Shown: in pieces, positions 15,802-22,773 of the stretch
Numbering within the stretch: the first letter of the stretch is position 1
How the letters are laid out: each line of letters begins with the position of its first letter
Assembly (NCBI GenBank): GCA_050303535.1
Contig: JBNLBY010000002.1
Coordinates: 63,534 to 87,533, forward strand
Direction: 5' to 3'
DNA: 24,000 bases
Origin: Sideroxydans sp.
GTDB taxonomy: Bacteria > Pseudomonadota > Gammaproteobacteria > Burkholderiales > Gallionellaceae
Translations under genes and position numbers: made by a program
Notes under the pieces: model-generated
Database searches by the model: none
What the model was told of the DNA's origin: nothing
The model's input: the letters and a program-made list of their open reading frames with translations, nothing else

Positions 15802-16416
15802 ATGTATCAGATTATCGGCCAGATTTCATATCCAGTCTTCATTGCCTGCGTGTTCATCTTCTTCATTCTCGCAAGCATATTCGCATTTGTTGTCGGTATC
15901 GGTTTGGCTACGCGTAATGCACGGATGTTGCGTTTCTTCGAATTTATGAACAGGCGCGTATCCACCCGCAAGCTGACGAAACCGCTGACCCAGCCGCACT
16001 ATATAGAACCCGTTCTTCTCAAGCGCCCCGCTGTGCTCGGGACAGGCATCATACTGGGCGCTATTGGTGCCATCCTGTTGCTCTGGGAATATGACCCGAT
16101 CATATTCCAGCCCCTGTACTCCGACATATTTGCCATCGAGACTGCAGACGTGCTGGCGATATATACCCGCGATTTTCTGCTGATCGGGAATGGCCTGTGT
16201 ATCGCATTGGGTGTGTTGCTGGTGTACGCCCCGGAAAAAATACAGGTTATCGGGCGTTATACCGACAAGTGGTTTACCTTGCGCAAGCGCACGCGTCTGT
16301 TGCACGAGCCTGTTTTCGATATGGATAAATGGATCATGTCAAACGCCACCATTGCAGGGGCTGCATTGAGTCTCATGTCGCTGGGGTTGGGCATCTGGAT
16401 GTTCATGAGTCTCTGA
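15802..16416 (+). CDS. Hypothetical integral membrane protein (about 4 TM helices), family not recognised
   Basis: GGAGG RBS 6 nt upstream. Hydrophobic segments VFIACVFIFFILASIFAFVVGIGLA, VLGTGIILGAIGAILLLW, FLLIGNGLCIALGVLLVYA and IAGAALSLMSLGLGIWMFM. Basic loops between the helices. Confidence 0.6.
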   Translation: MYQIIGQISYPVFIACVFIFFILASIFAFVVGIGLATRNARMLRFFEFMNRRVSTRKLTKPLTQPHYIEPVLLKRPAVLGTGIILGAIGAILLLWEYDPIIFQPLYSDIFAIETADVLAIYTRDFLLIGNGLCIALGVLLVYAPEKIQVIGRYTDKWFTLRKRTRLLHEPVFDMDKWIMSNATIAGAALSLMSLGLGIWMFMSL

Positions 16417-16435
16417 TTCGTTTGCAACGATCACA

Positions 16436-16465
16436 AAAAGGCCACGCCGTGCGGCGTGGCCTTTT
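16436..16465. terminator. Bidirectional rho-independent terminator (end of the V-ATPase operon and of the 15802 gene)
   Basis: aaaaggccacgcc (16436-16448), loop gtgc, ggcgtggcctttt (16453-16465). Confidence 0.85.
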
Positions 16466-16476
16466 ATATTCGGAAG

Positions 16477-17109
16477 CTACAAATTGTCCGCCTGCGCGGC
16501 ATGTTCGCGCATGATCTTGAGCTGGAATAGCGTGTTGCGCTCTTCCTCCGACAGTACCGATTCGATGTAACGGATGGTGGACAGGTAACGCGGGATGACG
16601 TTGTACTTGAGCGAGTTGACGCGTTTCTGGGTTTTGCGCTGTTCGGTCAGCAGGCGCCACAGCGCGGTTTCCGCTTCGCCCAGTTGTGCCAGCAGCACAG
16701 CGATGTCGGTCATGCGGCTGCGCGCCTCGTCGAAACTGGCATCCGTCCACATCAGTCCGATCGGCAGCAGGGGAGAGCTTTCCACCGACACGCTGGGATA
16801 TTCGACACCGATGCTGCTGCGCGGCAGGATATGAACCGACAATGCCGGCTTGAGACCGATCACCGCCTGGCGCAGTTGCGTGCTGCCCATGCGCATATGC
16901 GTGATCGTGAGCCAGTAGTAGGCACCTTGCAGGGACTGGCTGACTGCCTGGCGCAATTCATGATATTTCTTCAGGCGCTGATGTACCAGACGCGTGAGCA
17001 GTTCGCGTTTGCGTTCCAGCAGATCATGTCCATGCTGCAACGACACCACCTGCCGCCGCAGCGAGAGCAGCGTGCTTTTGGTGGGGCGGACCTGCAATCG
17101 TTTCTTCAT
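16477..17109 (-). CDS. atpD: V/A-type ATP synthase subunit D (central stalk)
   Basis: RPTKSTLLSLRRQVVSLQHGHDLLERKRELL at the N-terminus and QRKTQKRVNSLKYNVIPRY...EEERNTLFQLK at the C-terminus are the conserved V-type D signatures. The start overlaps the atpB stop (ATGA). Confidence 0.9.
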   Translation of the reverse strand: MKKRLQVRPTKSTLLSLRRQVVSLQHGHDLLERKRELLTRLVHQRLKKYHELRQAVSQSLQGAYYWLTITHMRMGSTQLRQAVIGLKPALSVHILPRSSIGVEYPSVSVESSPLLPIGLMWTDASFDEARSRMTDIAVLLAQLGEAETALWRLLTEQRKTQKRVNSLKYNVIPRYLSTIRYIESVLSEEERNTLFQLKIMREHAAQADNL

Positions 17110-18503
17110 GTGTTTATTGCCGCTGCGCCCTGCCAGCGGTGGTATTTGCCCAGGTCGGCCTCGCTCACGCGGGTAAGCGTTTCGGGCGGCAACAGTGAGA
17201 GCAGATTCCAGGCAAGGTTAAGCGTTTCGATAATGCTGCGATCCTCGTTCTCATTCTGCGCCACGAATTGCTGCTCGAAAGCATCGGCGAAAACGAGATA
17301 ATTCTGGTCGCTCTCGAATAATTCATCCGCGCCGATGATCGACGCGAGGTTGCGCACTTCCAGCGCGCGCGCATAGGAAGCGTAAATCTGCCCGGCGACC
17401 CGGGCATGGTCTTCGCGCGTATGTTCCTTGCCGATACCGTCCTTCATCAGGCGCGACAGTGAAGGCGGAATATCTATCGGCGGATAAATGCCGAGACTGT
17501 TGAGACTGCGGCTCAGCACCACCTGTCCTTCGGTAATGTAGCCGGTCAGATCGGGAATGGGGTGAGTGATATCGTCGCTCGGCATACTGACCACCGGCAC
17601 CATCGTGATCGAACCGTGCCGTTCGCGAATGCGGCCTGCGCGTTCGTAGATTTCCGCCAGGTCGGAATACAGATAACCGGGATAACCCTTGCGCGCGGGG
17701 ACATCGCCCTTGGCCGTGGCAACTTCGCGCAATGCCTCGGCGTAGTGGGTCATATCCGTCATCACCACCAGCACATGCAGATCGAGATCGAAGGCGAGAT
17801 ATTCCGCCACGGTCAGCGCCGCGCGCGGCAGGATGAGCCGCTCGATGGCCGGATCGTCGGCGAGATTCAGGAACATCACCACATTGCGCAGCACGCCGCT
17901 GTCGGAAAAGGTTTCGCGGAAAAAATGCGCATCATTGAAAGAAATGCCCATTGCCGCAAACACCACGGCGAATTGCGACTCCTCACCCGGCAGGCGCGCC
18001 TGGCGCACGATCTGTGCGGCGAGACGATTATGCGGCAGGCCGGAGCCGGAAAAGATCGGCAACTTCTGTCCGCGCACCAGCGAGTTGAGACCGTCGATGG
18101 CGGAGATGCCGGTCTGGATGAACTCGCGCGGATAGGCACGTGCAGCCGGATTGACCGGCGCGCCGTTCACATTGCGCTTCAGCCGGGAGAACAGCGGCGG
18201 CCGGTCGTCGCGCGGCTGGCCGATACCGTTGAACACGCGACCCAGGATATCCGGGCTCAATGAAATTTCGAACGGCTGATCGAGGAAGCGCACCCAGGTG
18301 CGTTCCAGATCGAGATTGTCGGTACCCTCCAGCACCTGCACCAGCACCACCTCATCCGACGTGCGGATCACCTGGCCGTTGCGCCGCCGTCCGTTATGGT
18401 CGCGCACCACCACGCGCGCACCCAGCGCCACGCCGGGAACGCCACGCATGTAGAGCAGGCCGCCACGCACGGCCGACGCCAGTCTGTATTCCTTGTCACT
18501 CAT
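17106..18503 (-). CDS. atpB: V/A-type ATP synthase subunit B (non-catalytic)
   Basis: 465 aa. SGSGLPHNRLAAQI (degenerate P-loop), VVFAAMG, PARKGYPGYLYSDLAEIYERAGR, SITMVPVVSMPSDDITHPIPDLTGYITEGQ. AAGGAG RBS 6 nt before the ATG. Confidence 0.95.
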   Translation of the reverse strand: MSDKEYRLASAVRGGLLYMRGVPGVALGARVVVRDHNGRRRNGQVIRTSDEVVLVQVLEGTDNLDLERTWVRFLDQPFEISLSPDILGRVFNGIGQPRDDRPPLFSRLKRNVNGAPVNPAARAYPREFIQTGISAIDGLNSLVRGQKLPIFSGSGLPHNRLAAQIVRQARLPGEESQFAVVFAAMGISFNDAHFFRETFSDSGVLRNVVMFLNLADDPAIERLILPRAALTVAEYLAFDLDLHVLVVMTDMTHYAEALREVATAKGDVPARKGYPGYLYSDLAEIYERAGRIRERHGSITMVPVVSMPSDDITHPIPDLTGYITEGQVVLSRSLNSLGIYPPIDIPPSLSRLMKDGIGKEHTREDHARVAGQIYASYARALEVRNLASIIGADELFESDQNYLVFADAFEQQFVAQNENEDRSIIETLNLAWNLLSLLPPETLTRVSEADLGKYHRWQGAAAINT

Positions 18504-18524
18504 GGGCGCTCCTTTTGTTTTCTT

Positions 18525-18709
18525 GCCCTCTCCCTAACCCTCTCCCGCAAGCGGGAGAGGGGACTAGTGTGGAGGCATATCGAAAGCTTCTCCGCTCTTA
18601 CTCCCCTCGCCCTCCGGAATTGGAAATTGCTCTTCTCTTTTGCTCCCTCTCCCGCTTGCGGGAGAGGGTTGGGGAGAGGGCATCGGGTGAGGGGTGGGGG
18701 AGAGGGTAG
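18525..18709. repeat. REP-like composite repeat module, left flank of the DUF559 core
   Basis: A 37-nt unit gccctctccctaaccctctcccgcaagcgggagaggg (18525-18561; internal 11-bp-stem palindrome) and its inverted copy at 18645-18681 (36/37). The inverted copy is preceded by a 29-nt unit ggaattggaaattgctcttctcttttgct (18616-18644) and followed by the tail cgggtgagggg. Confidence 0.9.
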
Positions 18710-19350
18710 TAATCTGCGGAGAGGATAAGAGCAGCACGTATCTTCTCCAGCACTTCTTCTAATTGCTGCATGACTTCCATGTTCCAGAACCGCAACACCG
18801 TATATCCCTGGCTGCGCAACCATGCATCCCGCTGTCTATCGTAATTAGCCTGCTCGGCATGTTGCCCGCCGTCCAGTTCAATAATGAGAAATCGTTCCAT
18901 GCAGACAAAATCCACGATGTAGCTTCCCAATGGTTTTTGCCGTTTGAACTTCAGATTCATGAAGCGATGCGCGCGCAGGTGATACCACAGGCGTTGTTCT
19001 GCTTCGGTCTGATTGGTGCGGAGAGATTTTGCGTTGGTTAAGGTCTGCTTATTTTTCGGCCCTCTCCCTAACCCTCTGGGTGAAACAACTAGCCATTCGA
19101 CTAAGCTGGCAAACGACGCCAGCAAGTCGCTGGTTATCCCGCAAGCGGGAGAGGGGACTGGTGTGGAGGGTTTTCCACCAGAATTGGAAATTGCTTCTCC
19201 TATTTGCTCCCTCTCCCGCCGGAGTTGGAAATTGGTCTTCTCGTTTGCTCCCTCTCCCGCTTGCGGGAGAGGGTTGGGGAGAGGGCCCCGGGAGAGGGTT
19301 GGGGAGAGGGCCCCGGGTGAGGGGATTTGTGCGATTCGTTCGCGATTCAT
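18598..19350 (-). CDS. DUF559 (Vsr/PD-(D/E)XK-like) endonuclease-domain ORF reading through flanking repeats
   Basis: The core (~18712-19040) AKSLRTNQTEAEQRLWYHLRAHRFMNLKFKRQKPLGSYIVDFVCMERFLIIELDGGQHAEQANYDRQRDAWLRSQGYTVLRFWNMEV is the canonical DUF559 pattern. The only in-frame ATG is at 19350 and overlaps the atpA stop (ATGA). The N- and C-terminal ~100 and ~40 aa are translated repeats (PLPNPLPQAGEGA, SPTLSRKRERE). True boundaries are uncertain; an internal TTG near 19116 is possible. Confidence 0.7.
   Translation of the reverse strand: MNRERIAQIPSPGALSPTLSRGPLPNPLPQAGEGANEKTNFQLRREREQIGEAISNSGGKPSTPVPSPACGITSDLLASFASLVEWLVVSPRGLGRGPKNKQTLTNAKSLRTNQTEAEQRLWYHLRAHRFMNLKFKRQKPLGSYIVDFVCMERFLIIELDGGQHAEQANYDRQRDAWLRSQGYTVLRFWNMEVMQQLEEVLEKIRAALILSADYYPLPHPSPDALSPTLSRKREREQKRRAISNSGGRGE
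19059..19323. repeat. REP-like composite repeat module, right flank of the DUF559 core (expanded copy)
   Basis: Same order and orientation as the left module. The 37-nt unit is split by 60 nt (19059-19077 and 19138-19155). There are two 29-nt units (19180-19208, 19221-19249), a half unit (19209-19220), a full inverted 37-nt unit (19250-19286), a partial unit (19291-19311), and the same tail cgggtgagggg (19313-19323). Confidence 0.9.
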
Positions 19351-21128
19351 TCTGCTTCCTTCCCATGTTGCGCATACTCGTTTGCCACGCGCGCAAATTC
19401 GTCGCGGACTTGCGTGGAAAACGCCTGCATCTCATTCAGCTGGTCGTTTGCATAGCTGCTTTTCAGACGCATGGCATTGGCGAGCAGCGGCAGGCGCAGC
19501 AATTCCTGCACCGGCACGCCTTTATCAAGTAAACCCAGCCCCTGCTGGTAGATGGACAGCATCAGGTCCAGCAGCGCGAATTGTTTTTGCGGCGAACAAT
19601 ATGTATCCACCGGATCGAGCGCGCTCTGTTGCAACACACCCTGCTTGAACAGCGCCACACCTTCCAGCGCCCAGCGCTGCTGCGGTGACAGTGCTTCAGG
19701 CCCGACCAGGTTGACGATGCGCGTGAGTTCGTCGGCTTGCGACAGGATGCCGAGCGCAGTGGCGCGATGCGTTTTCCAGCGCGGGTCGACGTTTTCCGCC
19801 CACCATCCGCTGCAACTGGTGATATAGCCGGAGAAACTTTCCACCCAGTCCACGGCAGGATAATGCCGGGCATCGGCCAGTTCCTTGGACAGTCCCCAGA
19901 AGGTCTGCACGATCTCCTTGGTGTGGCTGGTCACCGGTTCGGAAAAATCGCCGCCGGGCGGCGACACTGCGCCGATCAGCGTGATCGAGCCGCTGTCGTC
20001 CGAGAGCGTCGTGACGCGTCCCGCGCGCTCGTAAAACGCGGCAAGCCGCGAAGCAAGATAAGCCGGATAGCCTTCTTCCACCGGCATCTGTCCCAGGCGT
20101 CCTGCGACTTCGCGCAACGCCTCGGCCCAGCGGCTGGTGGAGTCGGCGAGCATCACCACATCGTAACCCTGGTCGCGGTAATACTCGGCCAGCGTGACGC
20201 CGACATAGATCGATGCTTCGCGCGCGACCACCGGCATGTTGGAAGTGTTCGCTACCAGCAGCGTGCGTTCCATGAGCGAACGCCCGGTGTTGGGGTCGAC
20301 GAGTTGCGGAAACGTTTCGAGAATGTCCACCAGTTCATTGCCGCGTTCACCGCAACCGACATAGATCACAATGTCCGCATCGGACCAGCGCGCGATCTGG
20401 TGTTGCACGATGGTCTTGCCCGCACCGAACGGGCCGGGGACGGCAGCGCGTCCGCCTTTCACCAGCGGGAAAAATGTATCGAGCACGCGCTGCCCGGTCA
20501 GCAGAGGCGCAACGGAATTGTCGCGTTTGCGGAACGGGCGCGGCATGCGCACCGGCCAGCGATGAAACAGTTTGAGCTCATGTTTTTTGCCGCTGGCATC
20601 TTTTGTGCGCGCCACCACTTCATCCACAGTGGCATCCCGGGCGGCTGATATTTCCAGCAATTCGCCGCCCATGCCGGGGGGCACCATGATGCGGTGGGTG
20701 ATGCTCTCTGTTTCCTGCACGGTTCCCAGCACAGAGCCATCCTCGACATATGCGCCGCTTTTCAGTTCGGGCAACGGCTCGAAGCGCCACACCTTGCTGC
20801 GATCCAGCGGATCGAGGTTGATGCCGCGCGGAATGAAATCGCCTTGTTGTTTTGCATATTCCAGCAGCGGACGCTGCACGCCGTCGAAAATTCCGCCCAG
20901 CAAACCGGGGCCGAGTTCCACCGACAGCGGATGCCCCAGTGCTTCCACCGGTTCTCCGGGATGCAGCAATTCGGTGGGCTCATACGTCTGCACCAGCGCG
21001 AATTCGCCGTGACGTTCGATGACCTCGCCCATCAGCTTGAGGCTGCCTATCCTGACCTGCTCGCCGGTCGTGACGTCGGGCAGTTTGACGGTGACCAGCG
21101 GTCCGTTGATTTCAACGATTTCAGACAC
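19347..21128 (-). CDS. atpA: V/A-type ATP synthase subunit A (catalytic)
   Basis: 593 aa. GPFGAGKTIVQHQIARWSDADIVIYVGCGERGNE (P-loop and GER motif), PVEEGYPAYLASRLAAFYERAGR, SITLIGAVSPPGGDFSEPVT. Normal length, so no intein. Confidence 0.95.
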   Translation of the reverse strand: MSEIVEINGPLVTVKLPDVTTGEQVRIGSLKLMGEVIERHGEFALVQTYEPTELLHPGEPVEALGHPLSVELGPGLLGGIFDGVQRPLLEYAKQQGDFIPRGINLDPLDRSKVWRFEPLPELKSGAYVEDGSVLGTVQETESITHRIMVPPGMGGELLEISAARDATVDEVVARTKDASGKKHELKLFHRWPVRMPRPFRKRDNSVAPLLTGQRVLDTFFPLVKGGRAAVPGPFGAGKTIVQHQIARWSDADIVIYVGCGERGNELVDILETFPQLVDPNTGRSLMERTLLVANTSNMPVVAREASIYVGVTLAEYYRDQGYDVVMLADSTSRWAEALREVAGRLGQMPVEEGYPAYLASRLAAFYERAGRVTTLSDDSGSITLIGAVSPPGGDFSEPVTSHTKEIVQTFWGLSKELADARHYPAVDWVESFSGYITSCSGWWAENVDPRWKTHRATALGILSQADELTRIVNLVGPEALSPQQRWALEGVALFKQGVLQQSALDPVDTYCSPQKQFALLDLMLSIYQQGLGLLDKGVPVQELLRLPLLANAMRLKSSYANDQLNEMQAFSTQVRDEFARVANEYAQHGKEAE

Positions 21129-21759
21129 TGCGCACCTCGCTGTCCGGAATTAAAAAGTCAGCGATTGCACGCTGCAAGGCTTCGCTCAATCTCTCCGTGC
21201 GTCCTTCGAATGTATTGTCGAATCGTATGTTGCCGTCCTTGCTGCTGATCAATACGCCGCCGATGGTGTTGATCGTCTGATCGGAAAGTTCCATCTGTTT
21301 GCCGGGCGCGGCCTTGCGTGCAAGACGCTTCCAGTCCGGACGCAGACGTTCCAGGTCGCGCGCATTGACCTGGACGACGAGTTCGTCGCGTTCGATGCTT
21401 TGCGCGCCTTCGCCCAGCCAGTCCAGCAACAGGGGCAGATAGTGCGATTCATCTTTTGCCAGTTCGGTCAGCCGTTTGGGTAATTCGGAGATAACGTCAT
21501 TGATCAGGCTCCAGCGCGTGCGGTCGAGTTCCGAACGCAGGTTGAGTTCGGCCGCCTGGATGCGTTGCTGGTAGGCACGCTCGCCGTAAGCCTTGGACGC
21601 GAGCGTCTCGCGTTCCTCTTCGCTGTGCAGGCGTTGCCTGGCATCCGCCAGCATTTGCTCGCGGGACTTGTGCGCGTCGGCGAGATATTCGTCGGCAAGT
21701 TTCTGCGCGCGTGCGAGCAGCGCGGATTCCAGACCGGCGACCTGATCGCTGTCACTCAT
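21121..21759 (-). CDS. atpE: V/A-type ATP synthase subunit E (peripheral stalk)
   Basis: 212 aa. Long charged N-terminal helix (AQKLADEYLADAHKSREQMLADARQRL...), C-terminal globular part ...IGGVLISSKDGNIRFDNTFEGRTERL. The position and overlaps (8 nt with atpA, 4 nt with atpF) fit. Confidence 0.8.
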   Translation of the reverse strand: MSDSDQVAGLESALLARAQKLADEYLADAHKSREQMLADARQRLHSEEERETLASKAYGERAYQQRIQAAELNLRSELDRTRWSLINDVISELPKRLTELAKDESHYLPLLLDWLGEGAQSIERDELVVQVNARDLERLRPDWKRLARKAAPGKQMELSDQTINTIGGVLISSKDGNIRFDNTFEGRTERLSEALQRAIADFLIPDSEVRSV

Positions 21760-22109
21760 TCCTGCACCTCCATTGCATTGGGGCCCAACAGGCTTTGCAC
21801 CAGCTCTTCCACGCGCGAATGGTACACGGCGGACTGATGGATTTCCGGAATCTCGGTGATGATGATGCGTCCGCCTTCCTTTTGCGCGAGCACCAGATAG
21901 CGGCCGGGGTTCTGCGCCAGCCGCTGTTCGATCACGACCAGCGCGGCCTGCTGCCGGTGCAGCAATTCCTCGAACAGTTTTTCGGACTCTTCCGGAGTGG
22001 GATCGGAAAATGTCTCGAAACCGATCAGCGCGAATCCTTCCATCAGCGCGGCGCTGCCCAGCGCGATCAGGCGCGCCGGTGTGCCGACAGATGGTAGTTG
22101 ATCATTCAC
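21756..22109 (-). CDS. atpF: V/A-type ATP synthase subunit F
   Basis: 117 aa. RLIALGSAALMEGFALIGFETF...ALVVIEQRLA...IITEIP matches the small alpha/beta F-subunit pattern. ATGA overlaps on both sides. Confidence 0.75.
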   Translation of the reverse strand: MNDQLPSVGTPARLIALGSAALMEGFALIGFETFSDPTPEESEKLFEELLHRQQAALVVIEQRLAQNPGRYLVLAQKEGGRIIITEIPEIHQSAVYHSRVEELVQSLLGPNAMEVQE

Positions 22110-22552
22110 GCAATTTTTCCCAGCAACAGGATGGTGACCACCAGACCGTAAATCGCGATCCCTTCGGCGAGTCCCAGATAGATCAGCGTGCGGCCGAACA
22201 TTTCCGGTTTTTCGGAAATGATCGCAAGCGACGCCGCGCCCACCGGCCCCACGGCCAGACCCGCGCCGAATGCGGCCAGTCCGGTCGGCAGGCCTGCGCC
22301 GAGCAGCGCCAGACCCAGCCCGGTGGAGATTTCAACATGCTGGGTGACGACCTCCTGGGCCAGCGCATCCTGCATGCCCAGCATCAGCACGCCAAGGCTG
22401 GCGCCGACGAACACCAGCAGGTTGACGGCCAGCGAACTTTTCAACCAGCGCCGCGCACGCACGCCGTCTGCCATGGGACGAAACCCCAGATAAGTACCCA
22501 GCCCGATAGTGCCGAGCACATTCAAACCGATTAATGCCATGAGCCAGTACAT
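22106..22552 (-). CDS. atpK: V/A-type ATP synthase subunit K (proteolipid c-ring subunit), 4-TM form
   Basis: 148 aa. Gly-rich helix GLGLALLGAGLPTGLAAFGAGLAVGPVGAAS, loop SEKPEMFGR, and the ion-binding helix LGLAEGIAIYGLVVTILLL with one conserved Glu. The N-terminal hairpin has no carboxylate. AAAGGA RBS. Confidence 0.85.
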   Translation of the reverse strand: MYWLMALIGLNVLGTIGLGTYLGFRPMADGVRARRWLKSSLAVNLLVFVGASLGVLMLGMQDALAQEVVTQHVEISTGLGLALLGAGLPTGLAAFGAGLAVGPVGAASLAIISEKPEMFGRTLIYLGLAEGIAIYGLVVTILLLGKIA

Positions 22553-22590
22553 AGTCGATCCTTTCTATTAGTGAACCATCCTTAAAACCC

Positions 22591-22765
22591 CAAATGTCCA
22601 CGAAAAACACGAAAGACACGAAAAAACACAAACAGGGACAATTGCAAACCCGGATTGACTGAAGCATCTGATGGATAACCAAAAAAACTTGAATAGCCGA
22701 TTGATTCTTTTCGTGACTTTCGTGTTTTTCGTGGATGAAATGAGTTTTTGTGGATCATTTGGTCT
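22591..22765. mobile_element. MITE-like palindromic element in the atpI-atpK spacer
   Basis: 28-nt arms tccacgaaaaacacgaaagacacgaaaa (22598-22625) and ttttcgtgactttcgtgtttttcgtgga (22709-22736), 27/28 complementary, around an 83-nt core. The arms contain three cacgaaa(r)a sub-repeats. ccaaatg(a)tccac recurs just outside both arms. No ORF of its own. Confidence 0.7.
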
Positions 22766-22773
22766 GTACTCCA

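Noticed and set aside
18525-19323. Possible CRISPR array, given several similar ~30-37-nt palindromic repeats.
   Set aside because: The units occur in both orientations with irregular spacing. The sequences between them are themselves repeated units or a protein-coding core. There are no cas genes and no leader.
18260-19648. Plus-strand ORFs (149, 110, 211 and 167 aa) and minus-strand ORFs (107 and 128 aa) crossing the repeat region.
   Set aside because: They are made almost entirely of translated repeats (PLPNPLPQAGEG, GRGLGRG and similar) in alternative frames, or they are antisense to atpA/atpB. Only the frame carrying the DUF559 core has domain support.
19347-21128. An intein in the V-ATPase A subunit, which is a classic intein host.
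   Set aside because: At 593 aa the protein has the normal length, and the P-loop and the downstream conserved blocks read contiguously with no inserted segment.
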